Shown: one piece after another, positions 1 to 11,497 of the stretch
Numbering within the stretch: the stretch's first letter is position 1
Layout: each line of letters opens with the position of its first letter
Source: a virus
Length of the DNA stretch: 64,000 nucleotides
Strand: one strand, 5' to 3'
IMG/VR virus record: IMGVR_UViG_3300017917_001958
Location: 11,911 to 75,910 of that record
Program-made: the position numbers and the translations under genes
The notes under the pieces: generated by a model
What the model saw: only the letters and a program-made list of their open reading frames with translations
The model's database searches: none
What the model was told of the DNA's origin: nothing

Positions 1-1730
1 CCGCTACATTCCTCACATTCAGGATAATTTATTAGACGTAATCCTTTTTGTCCGGTATCCATAATACTATAACCAATATTAACCATACTTCTACCTAATC
101 CACCTAATGGACATACACCTAAAAAACACGTATCCATAAACGAATAACCTATTGAAATAAACAATTTAGAAATTACATTAAAAAATAGTAATTTAACCAT
201 GTTTAATAAATGTTCAATAAATAAAAGGACTTCAGCAATTAATAATGGAAATGTAAAATTTTTTACACCAAAATTAACTGGAGGTGTTACTACATCATTT
301 GAACAATCTTCTTCTTCCGTAGGTAGAATTTCTTTAATCCCAAGATATTTGTCTCCTGAAAAAGTTTCACCTCTATAATTTAAATTCTGAAATGAAGAAA
401 CTGTATATACTTTATTGTATGTTAATCTATAAAAATAATCTCTAGGATAGTATTGACCATATTGATTATATAGTATACCTCTATTAGAATCATTACTTAC
501 CGCACTTATTGGATAATCATCAAAATTTGTTGAGAACGCATATGATTTATCGGATTCCGTACCATTTGTTTGATAATCCCTGATATTAGGGACTAAGTAT
601 GATGCAGATTTTCTAACTCTAGCGTTTCCAGCATCATCTAAAGAAAATCTAAATCTATAACACGCAGATGTTGCAATACCTTTATTTGGGTCGTTAGTTA
701 TTTCATTTTCACCGAATTCATTAGTGAAAACATAATCCATATTCATAGGAACCGGAAAAACAAAAGAACCATCTTCAGGAATATCTTCATGTAAATCAAA
801 TTTCTCTAAAATAGGTCTATTATTATCATCTTTAGTTGTTGTAAATCTAATAGCCTCAATTGTTCCTGTTTTAGTGTGTAAATCGCATTTTCTACCCATT
901 TTTTGTCTGGGTTGACAATTTTTATTTAAAGAATTTTTATTGGTGTCCGTGTATGTACCTCCAATTAACATTGCCTTTGGTTCAATTTTAACACCTCTAT
1001 CCGATAAATCAAAATCACTTCTTGTAATACCAATTTCACATAATTCTTGATTACCCCAAAATGGATAAACTTCTATGGTTTTATCAAAAGAAACTATTTG
1101 AGGTAGTGCATTCAAATCTTCAGATGACTTAAATGAGTATGTATTTTTAAATTGGTCCAAACCAATTCCTTGTTTTATAAAATCATATGGTCTTAATGAA
1201 AAACAACCAATGTCAGATAAGTCAACATCAACATGTAAGGTTTGACTTCCAATTGGAACTCCCCAAATCATAAAATCACCCGCATCATTTGTTTTAACAG
1301 TATATGTATAATATTTTTCATAAACTTCTAAAACCTCTTCTCTATTTAAAATATCCGATTGATCAGGAAAGGTTCCTGTTGGTTCGTGTCCACCATGTTG
1401 TTTTCTTGATGGTAATAAATTGTATCGGTAATTTGTATCGTTTCTATCTGATGTCGATTTATATGGATATAAAGATGAAATAACCGGATCATTTTCATCT
1501 TCAGCTGATAGTGGAACAAATATTGAAACTTTAGCATTTGGTATACCAAAACCATTATTTACTGAAATCCTACCACAAACAACCCCATAATCGGCACAAA
1601 GAGAAGTGTACACATCTTTTTGTGTGAATTTTAAGGATAAAATTTCTAGTAAATCAAAATCTTGTTTTAATTCAACTTTGATTACTTGATCTTTACCGAC
1701 ATTTGTAGATATTCTATGTTTTTGTATCAT
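1..1730 (-). CDS. Large putative virion/baseplate-associated protein, 3'-truncated by the window edge (not in the ORF track)
   Basis: Manual translation from ATG at 1730 (MIQKHRISTNVGKDQVIKVELKQDFDLLEILSLKF...GVVCGRISVNNGFGIPNAKVSIFVP...KTNDAGDFMIWG) is open over the stretch checked. A late motif lies upstream and the gene follows the baseplate wedge gene. Confidence 0.75.
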   Translation of the reverse strand, partial: MIQKHRISTNVGKDQVIKVELKQDFDLLEILSLKFTQKDVYTSLCADYGVVCGRISVNNGFGIPNAKVSIFVPLSAEDENDPVISSLYPYKSTSDRNDTNYRYNLLPSRKQHGGHEPTGTFPDQSDILNREEVLEVYEKYYTYTVKTNDAGDFMIWGVPIGSQTLHVDVDLSDIGCFSLRPYDFIKQGIGLDQFKNTYSFKSSEDLNALPQIVSFDKTIEVYPFWGNQELCEIGITRSDFDLSDRGVKIEPKAMLIGGTYTDTNKNSLNKNCQPRQKMGRKCDLHTKTGTIEAIRFTTTKDDNNRPILEKFDLHEDIPEDGSFVFPVPMNMDYVFTNEFGENEITNDPNKGIATSACYRFRFSLDDAGNARVRKSASYLVPNIRDYQTNGTESDKSYAFSTNFDDYPISAVSNDSNRGILYNQYGQYYPRDYFYRLTYNKVYTVSSFQNLNYRGETFSGDKYLGIKEILPTEEEDCSNDVVTPPVNFGVKNFTFPLLIAEVLLFIEHLLNMVKLLFFNVISKLFISIGYSFMDTCFLGVCPLGGLGRSMVNIGYSIMDTGQKGLRLINYPECEECS

Positions 1731-1784
1731 TCTTATAATAAATAGAAACTTATGAATTTTCTATTATTATAAACAAAAATCATT

Positions 1785-3617
1785 TTAAAATGTAGTCGTA
1801 CCTAAAGTTTTAACTCTAACTTTAATATCTTTATTTGGAAATCTAATCTGAAAAATTTGATTTGATTTCATATAAATAATCATGTCAGATTGTTGTATCT
1901 CTTTAGTTATTGAATCAACATAGGATTGTGAAACTTCAGACGATGAGTATTCACCTCCGGTTAAACCATATACTCTAATATCAATAACATTTACCACGCC
2001 TGATACGGTACCAATTATTCTATTTAAATCTCCAACAAATAATGGATCACCCATTTTTCTTTTTTCGATAGCAAAATAACTAACAACATCTTCAATTGTT
2101 GTTTTTATTATATCTGTTTGATTATAATTTTTATCAACAACTAAGTCAATTTCTAAACCCATGTCAATTACCTCACCGCTGTTTATGTCGATATAGTCAT
2201 TTATCATTCTATATTGAGAAAGATAATTTAAAATATTATTTTTTAATGTATTTGAAACAACATCAGTTAAATTACCTTTATCGTCATATGATAAAAGTTT
2301 AATTCTAACTTTATTATCTTCTTCCATCACATTAACTTTAGCTGGTGCTCCGTATGTTGATGGCATCGTTTCGATTAAAGATTTATAATCATTTAAAGTT
2401 ACCGCTCTATTTTGTGCTGCAAAATTATATGAAATCATATTTCTTATTTCATCAATCGTTGGTTGATCCGCACCACCAATTGCCGGTGTAATATTGGTAA
2501 CTTTTAACGATTGGATAACTTGTGTGTTAATACCACTATTTGGACCATTTACATTGAATTCAACATCATCTACACTATTAATAACTCCTACACCTATATT
2601 TGAATCTTTTCCGCCACCAACTCTATATTTTATGAATAAAGTTGTATTTGCTTTAGGTGTGGCACCTAAAGACAAGTTATTTAAATAAGATGCAATATTA
2701 ACTTTCAAATCGTTAGTGATGTAGTTATCTAAATTATCTAAAGGATTTACGGTTCCGGAACCAAATGTCACTGAAAAATAACCCTCCGGTGTGTATTCTG
2801 TTACAAATTTATTTGATACGTCAACATATTCACCCGCTTTGAAATTATCTCTATCAGAAACTGACGTACTATTTGGTACAAATACTTTATCCTCTATCAA
2901 TGATTTAACTTCATACCATTTATTTGTTGATGAATCAAACTCAGATGACGTTGGATTTGCACCGAAAGTAGTTCCTTCTTTATGTATTATAGAGGTTATT
3001 CCTAAAACATTTTGTTCAGGTAAATATAATTTTAAAAATGGTTTTTGATCTATTTCTGTAATAACTCTTCTGAATATTCTTGTGGTACCATTTGCAACCG
3101 CTTCTCTTTTTGTGATGGTATATGAAACCAATCTATTATTTCCATCAAAATTAGGTATTTTTAATCTATTCGGTTCTCCTCTACTGTTAAATGGATTTGA
3201 AAAATCAATATCTTCAATTGTTTCAAATATTTGTCCTCCGCCAGATATTTGTGCACCTCCCTTTAAAAGACCCAAATATCTTTCATCTTCTTTATCACCC
3301 CTAACAGGTACATTTACTGAAAAATCACATAAAGCAACTGAAGGTCTTGTTCCCGGTATTTTCATACCATATGTCTTAGCGATATGAAATAATGATTGTC
3401 TTTGTTGTGCAAAATCTAACATTGTTTCTTGCCAAACTCTATCAATATGGAAATGTAAATTATCTGCAACCGCAGCGTTTAAATCTAACAACACTGAATA
3501 TATTGAAGCGTCATTAGTATTTCCAACCAAATCAGGATAATATTCTTTTGTAAGATTAACTAATTCTTGTCTTAATCCAGCAAAATCTCTCGTTGCGTAT
3601 GATATTTTTTTACTCAT
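1785..3617 (-). CDS. Baseplate wedge protein (T4 gp6 / baseplate J-like)
   Basis: N-terminal RDFAGLRQEL; YRVGGG; AIGGAD; QNRAVTLNDY motif; adjacent to gp25-like gene. Confidence 0.85.
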   Translation of the reverse strand: MSKKISYATRDFAGLRQELVNLTKEYYPDLVGNTNDASIYSVLLDLNAAVADNLHFHIDRVWQETMLDFAQQRQSLFHIAKTYGMKIPGTRPSVALCDFSVNVPVRGDKEDERYLGLLKGGAQISGGGQIFETIEDIDFSNPFNSRGEPNRLKIPNFDGNNRLVSYTITKREAVANGTTRIFRRVITEIDQKPFLKLYLPEQNVLGITSIIHKEGTTFGANPTSSEFDSSTNKWYEVKSLIEDKVFVPNSTSVSDRDNFKAGEYVDVSNKFVTEYTPEGYFSVTFGSGTVNPLDNLDNYITNDLKVNIASYLNNLSLGATPKANTTLFIKYRVGGGKDSNIGVGVINSVDDVEFNVNGPNSGINTQVIQSLKVTNITPAIGGADQPTIDEIRNMISYNFAAQNRAVTLNDYKSLIETMPSTYGAPAKVNVMEEDNKVRIKLLSYDDKGNLTDVVSNTLKNNILNYLSQYRMINDYIDINSGEVIDMGLEIDLVVDKNYNQTDIIKTTIEDVVSYFAIEKRKMGDPLFVGDLNRIIGTVSGVVNVIDIRVYGLTGGEYSSSEVSQSYVDSITKEIQQSDMIIYMKSNQIFQIRFPNKDIKVRVKTLGTTTF

Positions 3618-3618
3618 C

Positions 3619-4068
3619 TTATATGTTTATAATTATAAAATCTGAAGACGAAAACGCCCCATTATTAACTGTATAATCTATTTTAACTTTTGCGGTATAT
3701 GGTTTAGATGAAGTATCTGAAACTCTAAATAATCTAGCATCTTCCTCTTCCGATACAGTTGTTTCAGTTGTTTCATTTTCGGCGGAAATAATGTTTATTG
3801 AATTTATATCTAAATTAGGTATGTATTTTTTAACACTTTCTCTAATTTCTTCCTCAATTAAATTAAAAGTCACCATATCATTTTGGTCAAAAATATATTC
3901 ATATATTCTGGTACCAAAATCAGGTAAATAATATCTACTACCTTTTTTTGTTAAAAGAAGATGTAAAAGATTTGCTCTAACTTCTCTTTCGGGGGTTTCT
4001 GTCATATTAAGAAATTGTCCCTTCTGACTGTCTCTAAATGGATAATCTATTCCGTATGTTTCTGCCAT
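3619..4068 (-). CDS. Baseplate wedge / sheath initiator (gp25/GPW-like)
   Basis: NLLHLLLTKKGSRYYLPDFGTRIYEYIFD motif typical of the gp25 family. Confidence 0.88.
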   Translation of the reverse strand: MAETYGIDYPFRDSQKGQFLNMTETPEREVRANLLHLLLTKKGSRYYLPDFGTRIYEYIFDQNDMVTFNLIEEEIRESVKKYIPNLDINSINIISAENETTETTVSEEEDARLFRVSDTSSKPYTAKVKIDYTVNNGAFSSSDFIIINI

Positions 4069-4107
4069 ATGAAATAAATATAAACAATAGTAAAATGGTA
4101 ATAAATA

Positions 4108-4133
4108 AAAAACCCAACCTAAGTTGGGTTTTT
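4108..4133. terminator. Intrinsic terminator downstream of nrdA
   Basis: aaaaacccaac-ctaa-gttgggttttt hairpin with A/T tails. Confidence 0.8.
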
Positions 4134-4161
4134 GATATTCATCTAATCTATTTCCTATATT

Positions 4162-6594
4162 TTATGATCCACATCCCTCACATTCGAATGGTGAACTTGA
4201 TGGTTTTTCAAAAACCATTTCCATTTCTGGAGTTTGTTCACTAATTATCGAATTAGTTGTTGGTGTAGGTATTGTTTGAATATTTTGATCAACTGTTTTT
4301 ACTGTTGTTGTATCGATTCCTAAACCTTTTAATGCATCAACTGCAGATCTGGTTCTTAAATAATACATACCGGTTTTTAATCCTAATTTCCAACCAAATA
4401 AATGTGCTGCCAATAATTTAGGTTTAGTTGCGTTATCCACAAATAAATTTAATGATTGTGACTGATCAATAAATACACTTCTATTTGCTGCCATTTGTAA
4501 AATTCTTTTTTGTGACATTTCCCAAACAGTTTTATAGATTTCTTTCATTTCAGTTGGGATTTCAGGAATATTTTGAACTGAACCATTTTCCATGATTAAT
4601 TTATTTTTCATTCCTTCATTCCATAAACCTAATTTTAATAGATCTTTTACTAAATGTTTGTTAATAACAATAAATTCACCACCTAATGTTCTACGAGAAT
4701 ATAAATTTGTAGTAAATGGTTCGAACGCCTCATTGTTACCTAATATCTGAGCAGTTGATGCAGTTGGCATAGGTGCTACTAACAATGAATTACGTACACC
4801 GTATTTTATAACTTCATCTCTCAATAAACTCCAATCCCAACGACCTGATAAATCATCGTCCTTTAAACCCCACATTTGATATTGGAATATACCTTTTTCT
4901 ATTGGTGATCCTGTTATTGATTCATATGGACCAAATTCTTTAGCCATATCTTTAGATGATGTTAAAGCGGCAAAATAAATTGTTTCAAATATTTCTGTTT
5001 GTAATTTATCAGCATCTTCACTTTCAAATGGTAATCCTAACATACAGAACACGTCCGCTAAACCTTGAACACCAAGACCTACTGGACGATGTTTAAAATT
5101 TGAAAGTTTAGTTTCTTCTGTAGGATAAAAATTTAAATCAATTACATTATTCAAGTTTTTAACGACTTGATAAGTCGCATCATATAATGTATTATGATTA
5201 AATTTATCATACTCAATATATTTTGGTAACGCAATTGATGCTAGATTACAAACTGCCTGTTCTGTTGGTGATGAGTATTCAATAATTTCAGTACATAAAT
5301 TTGAAGATTTAATTGTACCTAAATTCTTTTGATTTGATTTATAATTTGCAGGATCCTTATATAACATGTAAGGTGTTCCGGTTTCAATTTGAGCTGTTAA
5401 AATAGCATCCATTAATTTTCTTGCTTTAACCACTTTTCTCGCTCTACCCTCTTTCTCATATTTTTCATATAGTTCTGTGAAATTTTGAGTAAACGTATAT
5501 GGATCATCATAAACATCAGATAAACCCGGTGCTTCGTCCGGTGAGAATAATGACCAATCACCATCTTGTTCAACACGCTTCATGAATAAATCAGGTGTCC
5601 ACATAGCTAAGAACAAATCTCTTGCTCTCATTTCTTCTTTACCTGTATTTTTTCTTAATTCAATAAATTCAAAAACATCAGCATGCCATGGTTCAAGATA
5701 AACCGCAAATGAACCTTTACGTTTACCGCCCTGATTAATCCAACGAGCAACTTCATTATATGTTTTCATCATTGGTACTAATCCATCAGACTCACCTCCG
5801 GTACCTTTAATATATGCTCCTTTAGCTCTAACATCATGAACATGTAATCCGATACCACCAGCCCATTTAGATATTTTAGCAACATCTTTAATTGTATCAA
5901 ATAAACCATCAATATCGTCACCCTTATTTCCAATTAAAAAACAAGATGACATTTGTGGTCTACGAGTACCTGCATTGAATAACGTTGGGGTAGCGTGTGT
6001 ATAAAAATGTATTGACAAATCATTATAGATACGTAATGCCATATTAACATCTCCTTTACAAATACCGGTAGCAACTCTCATGTACATGTATTGTGGTCTT
6101 TCAACGATTCTTGAACCAATTTTTAAAAGATATGATCTTTCTAATGTTTTAAAACCAAAATAATCAAAATCAAAATCTCTTTCTAAGTTAATAGCCTCGT
6201 CAATAACATCTTTATTTTCAATAATAAAATCGAATAATTCATCAGATATTAAAGATGATTCTTTATTTGTTTTTGGTTCAATAAAAGAATGTAATTCTTT
6301 TATTGCTTGTGAGAATTTTTTAGGTGTTGTTTTATGTAAATTAGTAACCGCTAATCTACCGGCTAATTTAGCGTAATCCGGATGAGATGTCGTCATAGAT
6401 GCAGCAGTTTCTGCTGCCAATACATCCAATTCTGACGTTGTAATACCGTCATAAATTCCTTGTGTTACCTTTAATGTAATAAATGTCGGATCAACATATT
6501 CCATGTTAAGGTCATTACATAAAGCACTAATTCTTCTGGTGATTTTATCATATCTCATTTCCTCTAATTCACCATTTCTCTTTTTTACTTTCAT
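4162..6594 (-). CDS. nrdA: Ribonucleoside-diphosphate reductase class Ia alpha subunit with ATP cone
   Basis: VKKRNG ATP cone, ATPTLFNAG, SSCF, SNLCTEI, APMPTAST, GLKTGMYY, C-terminal CEGC. Confidence 0.97.
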   Translation of the reverse strand: MKVKKRNGELEEMRYDKITRRISALCNDLNMEYVDPTFITLKVTQGIYDGITTSELDVLAAETAASMTTSHPDYAKLAGRLAVTNLHKTTPKKFSQAIKELHSFIEPKTNKESSLISDELFDFIIENKDVIDEAINLERDFDFDYFGFKTLERSYLLKIGSRIVERPQYMYMRVATGICKGDVNMALRIYNDLSIHFYTHATPTLFNAGTRRPQMSSCFLIGNKGDDIDGLFDTIKDVAKISKWAGGIGLHVHDVRAKGAYIKGTGGESDGLVPMMKTYNEVARWINQGGKRKGSFAVYLEPWHADVFEFIELRKNTGKEEMRARDLFLAMWTPDLFMKRVEQDGDWSLFSPDEAPGLSDVYDDPYTFTQNFTELYEKYEKEGRARKVVKARKLMDAILTAQIETGTPYMLYKDPANYKSNQKNLGTIKSSNLCTEIIEYSSPTEQAVCNLASIALPKYIEYDKFNHNTLYDATYQVVKNLNNVIDLNFYPTEETKLSNFKHRPVGLGVQGLADVFCMLGLPFESEDADKLQTEIFETIYFAALTSSKDMAKEFGPYESITGSPIEKGIFQYQMWGLKDDDLSGRWDWSLLRDEVIKYGVRNSLLVAPMPTASTAQILGNNEAFEPFTTNLYSRRTLGGEFIVINKHLVKDLLKLGLWNEGMKNKLIMENGSVQNIPEIPTEMKEIYKTVWEMSQKRILQMAANRSVFIDQSQSLNLFVDNATKPKLLAAHLFGWKLGLKTGMYYLRTRSAVDALKGLGIDTTTVKTVDQNIQTIPTPTTNSIISEQTPEMEMVFEKPSSSPFECEGCGS

Positions 6595-6605
6595 ATTTAA
6601 TAATT

Positions 6606-7577
6606 TTAAAAATCTAAATCACCAAATGCAGAATCTAAATCTTCAGATACGTTATGTACTCCTGCTTTTTGATATTCAGCAACTCTTTTTTCGAAAAAAT
6701 TTGTTTTACCTTGTATTGCAATATTTTCCATAAAATCAAATGGATTTGTTGAATTATACACTTTTGGAACACCTAAAGACACTAATAATCTATCGGTAAC
6801 AAACTCAAGATATTGTGACATTAATTCTGAATTCATACCAATTAAACGAACCGGTAACGCTTCAAGAATGAATTCTTTTTCAATTTCTAATGCTCCACAT
6901 ATAATTTCTTTAATTCTTTCGTTTGAGATTTTGTTCTCAATGTGATTATTAAAAAGATGACAAGCAAAATCACAATGCATACCTTCGTCACGAGAAATAA
7001 GTTCATTTGAGAATGTTAATCCTGGCATTAAACCACGTTTCTTAAGCCAAAAGATTGAACAAAATGATCCTGAAAAGAAAATTCCTTCAACGGCAGCAAA
7101 TGCAATTAATCTTTCAACAAATGATTCCGAACCAATCCATTTAACTGCCCATTCCGCTTTTTTCATAATTGCCGGAATTGTATCAATGGCATGGAACAAA
7201 CGTAATTGTTCTTCTTTATCTTTAATGTATGTATCAATCAATAATGAATACGTTTCACTATGAATATTTTCCATCATAATTTGAAACCCATAAAACATTT
7301 TTGCTTCAGTATATTGTACCTCATTTACAAAATTTTGTGCAATGTTTTCATTTACTATACCATCCGATGCAGCAAAAAACGCCAATACATGTTTGATAAA
7401 ATGTTGTTCATCGGAATTTAATTTATTATCCCAATCACTAATATCTTGAGCTAAATCAATTTCTTCTGCGGTCCAAATACACGCTTCTTGTTGTTTATAC
7501 AAACTCCAAATATCCGGATGTTCAATAGGGAATAGTACAAATCGATAGGGGTTTTCTACTAAAATTTTCTCTTTCAT
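6606..7577 (-). CDS. nrdB: Ribonucleoside-diphosphate reductase class Ia beta subunit
   Basis: [37 protein letters not shown] di-iron and tyrosyl motifs. Confidence 0.97.
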   Translation of the reverse strand: MKEKILVENPYRFVLFPIEHPDIWSLYKQQEACIWTAEEIDLAQDISDWDNKLNSDEQHFIKHVLAFFAASDGIVNENIAQNFVNEVQYTEAKMFYGFQIMMENIHSETYSLLIDTYIKDKEEQLRLFHAIDTIPAIMKKAEWAVKWIGSESFVERLIAFAAVEGIFFSGSFCSIFWLKKRGLMPGLTFSNELISRDEGMHCDFACHLFNNHIENKISNERIKEIICGALEIEKEFILEALPVRLIGMNSELMSQYLEFVTDRLLVSLGVPKVYNSTNPFDFMENIAIQGKTNFFEKRVAEYQKAGVHNVSEDLDSAFGDLDF

Positions 7578-7592
7578 AGTTGTTTATTTTAT

Positions 7593-8969
7593 TTAATTTC
7601 TGTTTGCTTTTTCTTGTGTTCTAAGATATGCTTCTCTGGCTCTAACTTGTTTATCTTGTGCTTTTTGTTCTTCAAAACCAAGTAATGTGTTTTGGGAATC
7701 TGTATCAATTTCAAGATATTCATTGTTAAATTTACAATTTTGCCAAATAACCCCATCTTTTCCAATACGTGATTTAATCAATGTTAATGTTGCTAAATTA
7801 TGTTCTTTTTGTTCTAAAGTTTTAGCAATAGAAAGTATTACGTGTGCAATTTGAGCCTTTTTTATTGAACCTCCCATTTGATCCCCGGTTACAACTTCAG
7901 AAGAAATTGATTCACGATTACCTTGTGTTGCCGTCCATATTGCAATATCAAATTCACTTGTCATAGATTCTAAACTTCTCATTATTGAACCTTCTCCTTT
8001 CCATTCTTCACCCATTGTTGATCTTTCAGGACTGATACAATCAACATAATCAATAATAAGCAAATCTACTTTAAATCCTTCAGAAATCATCTTTCTTAGC
8101 TTATTTTTTATTTCTGAAATTGTGACATTATCACTAGGTAATTTTAAAAGTCTAATTCCACCATTTGATTTAGATTGTGCTTCCTTTACTTTTTCCAAAA
8201 TTTCAACCGGATTTTCAACCTGATCATCGGGAGCAACTCCTGTCCAAACAGTATAATGTTTTCTTTTAATATTACTTGGATTGTCTTCAAAAAATATTTG
8301 AAGTACATTTAATCCCCAATTATACGCAGTGTTAGCAAATTTAGTTAATAATGTTGTTTTACCGGTACCTGTTGGAGCCAATACAACACCTAATTCACCA
8401 CGACCTAATCCTCCTTTAAGCATTTGATCAACACCATTAATACCAGTCGGTATTGGATGTCTATGGTCTTTTTCTAACGCAGATTCAATATCATGAAAAA
8501 CATCAATTGCATCATCATCATGTACACCTACTTGGAGTGCTTTTTGTATAATTTGTTCAATCTTATTATATGATTCAAATTCACCGCTCTCAATAATATT
8601 TTGTACACTTTTTAACTCTCTTTTTAAATTTTGTTGTTTACAAAAATTAAGTGCTGTTACTTTTGGGTAATCAACATCGGAGGTACTTTCTTTAATAGCC
8701 TCCAAAGTGTCAATATGAATCATAGAAGATTCTTTGTTTCCACTTTCTACCCTAATTTTTTGTGCTAACGTATTATAATCAGGAATTTTATTAAACGCTA
8801 AATATAATTCTTTTAAATTTTCCATAATATATCTAAAAGAATTATTATCAAAAAATCTACTCTCTAAAACATCAATTATATTTTGTCCGTATTTTTTATC
8901 TTCAATAATTGCTTTTATTAAAGATTGTTGAAACGCAAATCCTAAGTACCCGAAATTTTTTTCTTCCAT
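7593..8969 (-). CDS. Replicative DnaB-like (gp41-type) helicase
   Basis: IPTG, Walker A APTGTGKT, LIIDY, TATQGNR, KSRIG. Confidence 0.9.
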   Translation of the reverse strand: MEEKNFGYLGFAFQQSLIKAIIEDKKYGQNIIDVLESRFFDNNSFRYIMENLKELYLAFNKIPDYNTLAQKIRVESGNKESSMIHIDTLEAIKESTSDVDYPKVTALNFCKQQNLKRELKSVQNIIESGEFESYNKIEQIIQKALQVGVHDDDAIDVFHDIESALEKDHRHPIPTGINGVDQMLKGGLGRGELGVVLAPTGTGKTTLLTKFANTAYNWGLNVLQIFFEDNPSNIKRKHYTVWTGVAPDDQVENPVEILEKVKEAQSKSNGGIRLLKLPSDNVTISEIKNKLRKMISEGFKVDLLIIDYVDCISPERSTMGEEWKGEGSIMRSLESMTSEFDIAIWTATQGNRESISSEVVTGDQMGGSIKKAQIAHVILSIAKTLEQKEHNLATLTLIKSRIGKDGVIWQNCKFNNEYLEIDTDSQNTLLGFEEQKAQDKQVRAREAYLRTQEKANRN

Positions 8970-8987
8970 TGTTTTTTTGTTTTTTTA

Positions 8988-9434
8988 TTATAGTTCGTAT
9001 TGTAAATACGTTGTTTCCAATTCTTCAGATGATAATATGTCAGTTAAATCTAACAAAAATCTTTTAAGATTTGGACGTATGTCCACCGTATACCTAACCT
9101 TTGGATGGTAGTAATACGCTGGAAATATTCTTTGAATAAATACATCATCTCCTACCTTAATTTGTAGTAAGAAATGTTCTTTTTCTTTATTCTCCGATTC
9201 TTCCACACTATCAGAAGATTGAAAATAATTTTGATTCTCACATAGAAAATCAGAACTTTTTATTTTTAAATCTTCTGAAATTTCGTTACAAATATTTTTT
9301 ACATAGTAATGTAAATCCATAGATCTTCTTGATTCATATACGTGATCCTTTACATTAAAAAATCTTTGACAAATAATGTTACCTTCTAAAGTTAGAAGAA
9401 ATTCAAATTTTGTGATGTCTTGTTGATTACTCAT
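8988..9434 (-). CDS. Hypothetical protein in the replication operon
   Basis: 148-aa ORF tightly packed between the nuclease and helicase genes. Confidence 0.7.
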   Translation of the reverse strand: MSNQQDITKFEFLLTLEGNIICQRFFNVKDHVYESRRSMDLHYYVKNICNEISEDLKIKSSDFLCENQNYFQSSDSVEESENKEKEHFLLQIKVGDDVFIQRIFPAYYYHPKVRYTVDIRPNLKRFLLDLTDILSSEELETTYLQYEL

Positions 9435-10455
9435 AGTTTTTTACTTTAATAGTTTTTGATTTTGTTTTATTTTTTTCTTTTCTAGTTAATCTGAGGAATG
9501 GGTTTAAAAATTTTATCCATCCATCATCTGATTTTGGCAGTATATTAAATATTCCATCTTCCAACATCATTTTCATGGTATTTTTATAAGATCTGCCTTC
9601 GGGGTCTAAAGATTCACTTATTAATGAATCAATGTTTTCTTTTGCTTCGTCAGTTAAAAACGGTTCATCTAAACTAACAATTTTATTGTTTAAATAGTAA
9701 AACTCATCACCTAAAACACCATGTTTAGTAACACCTGTTAATACTTTTTGTATTAATTTGTTATTTTTATTTTCTTCAAAAATAATGTTACTTCTTTCTT
9801 TAATGTAAGTTAAGTCAATAGGTTTTGTTCTTATTTCAGGGAATAAATCAAGTAGACTTTTAATTCCTAAACCTTTAATTCCGGCAATACTATCTGAAGC
9901 ATCACCACACATCATTTTAACTAATTTTACGTTTTCAATTAAAATATTTTCGTGTTCATAAACAATTAAATCTTTTTGATTATAAAGTTTACCGTGACTT
10001 GGGTTATAAATTTTTGTAGTTTCTGAAACAAGTTGCGTTAGATCGCCATCGGACGAATAAATGATTTTATTCTCTACAGGAGAATGTTGAGTATAGTAAG
10101 CAATGCAATCATCGGTCTCACAATACTCATACTCTCCTTGTCTAACATATAATTCTTCAAGATATTGTTTTATTCTATCTCTTTGGTAATTATATGAATT
10201 AAGTTCTTCTTCTGTTTTGATTCTTGTCCTTCTATTTTCTTTATAATGGCAGTAAATTTTTTTTCTACTTTGTGATCCATCTACTCCATCCCAAAAAACT
10301 ACAATTTTATCTAAATGATATGTTTCAAATGATCTCCTAAGAGTATTGAGAAAATGATATATTCCCCCAATGTGTGTTCCTTTATAGAAATAATTTTTAA
10401 CACCATAAAACCCAATCGTGAGTAAATTATCACCATCAACTAATAAAACGGACAT
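9427..10455 (-). CDS. 5'-3' exonuclease / flap endonuclease (T4 RNase H-like)
   Basis: LLVDG, YKENR, ETDD, SSDGDLTQL, GDASDSIAGIKGLGIK (H3TH). Confidence 0.92.
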   Translation of the reverse strand: MSVLLVDGDNLLTIGFYGVKNYFYKGTHIGGIYHFLNTLRRSFETYHLDKIVVFWDGVDGSQSRKKIYCHYKENRRTRIKTEEELNSYNYQRDRIKQYLEELYVRQGEYEYCETDDCIAYYTQHSPVENKIIYSSDGDLTQLVSETTKIYNPSHGKLYNQKDLIVYEHENILIENVKLVKMMCGDASDSIAGIKGLGIKSLLDLFPEIRTKPIDLTYIKERSNIIFEENKNNKLIQKVLTGVTKHGVLGDEFYYLNNKIVSLDEPFLTDEAKENIDSLISESLDPEGRSYKNTMKMMLEDGIFNILPKSDDGWIKFLNPFLRLTRKEKNKTKSKTIKVKNYE

Positions 10456-10469
10456 TTAATTTTTTTTTA

Positions 10470-11477
10470 TTATTCTTCAATACTTGGTTCGTCAAAATTT
10501 TCAACAAGTTCTAACTCTCCAGTGATTCCTAAAGTTTCTTTCCAAAGTGATGAATATTCTTTTTTATATTCGTCCAACGCTTCTTTAGTATCATCAATAT
10601 ATCCGGTAGGTACCGCAATTACTTTTCCATCTTTATATTGTAGACCATTAACATGGTTCTTTAAAACAGAGATTTTTGTTCTAATTGCAAACGCCACTTT
10701 TCTACCATCTTTAACCGCATCGATGTGATTAATTCCGGCTTTCTTTTGGTTACCAAATAAAAATACAAATGATGATGCTAACCATAATGCTTCACCACCT
10801 TTTGCTTTAATTTCAGGTTGACCAAATGGATTATCCGGTAGATCAACCCATGGTTGATTAACCACAACTAATGTACTGTATAATGGATTTTCTTTTGTTG
10901 GGTAATCTTCTTTTTTAGATTTAGAAATTCTTGAATGAAGACCCATTCCAATTTTATCTGCGAGAGCAGCTGCATTATGTTGCTTACCTCCCTTACCTTC
11001 AAATGTCATTTTACATGGAACCGAACCAACGGAATCCCATAAAAATAAAATTGATTGTGTGATGTCACCTTTTTCTTGTGCATCTAACACTTCATGCATG
11101 AAATCTGTAATTTGTTCGATATATTCAAAACTATCGTTAAAAATAAAATCACCAATCCATTCACCATTTACATCTTTTTCCGCTTGTAATCCTAATTGAA
11201 TTGCATGTTCCCAATTCCATTTTTTTTCTGTGATAATAAAAACAGGTAAGTGACCTTTCTTTTGAGCGTCCGCAGCTGCTAAAATCATTGCCGTTGTTTT
11301 TGACGTATTAGAATGTCCTAATAACATATTAATACCACCCATAATTGGTCCGGGTAATCCCGTTGCCTTTAAAAAAGCTTCTCCGCAGTAATAATAACTC
11401 GGATCTTTATATTTTGTAGTCGATGAAAATTTTTTCTTTATATCTGAATCAAATGTTTTTTTCTTAATTCCGGCCAT
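10470..11477 (-). CDS. RecA/UvsX-like recombinase
   Basis: P-loop-like GHSNTSKT, WDSVG Walker B, VVNQ, KGGEAL, KNH. Start placed at ATG 11477 (MAGIKK), downstream of the hairpin. Confidence 0.85.
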   Translation of the reverse strand: MAGIKKKTFDSDIKKKFSSTTKYKDPSYYYCGEAFLKATGLPGPIMGGINMLLGHSNTSKTTAMILAAADAQKKGHLPVFIITEKKWNWEHAIQLGLQAEKDVNGEWIGDFIFNDSFEYIEQITDFMHEVLDAQEKGDITQSILFLWDSVGSVPCKMTFEGKGGKQHNAAALADKIGMGLHSRISKSKKEDYPTKENPLYSTLVVVNQPWVDLPDNPFGQPEIKAKGGEALWLASSFVFLFGNQKKAGINHIDAVKDGRKVAFAIRTKISVLKNHVNGLQYKDGKVIAVPTGYIDDTKEALDEYKKEYSSLWKETLGITGELELVENFDEPSIEE

Positions 11478-11497
11478 ATATTTAATTTTTTTAAGAA

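Noticed and set aside
1346-1555. 69-aa ORF from the track, and the many other short antisense or nested ORFs
   Set aside because: They lie within or opposite longer, well-supported genes; this one is an alternate frame of the 1730-start gene.
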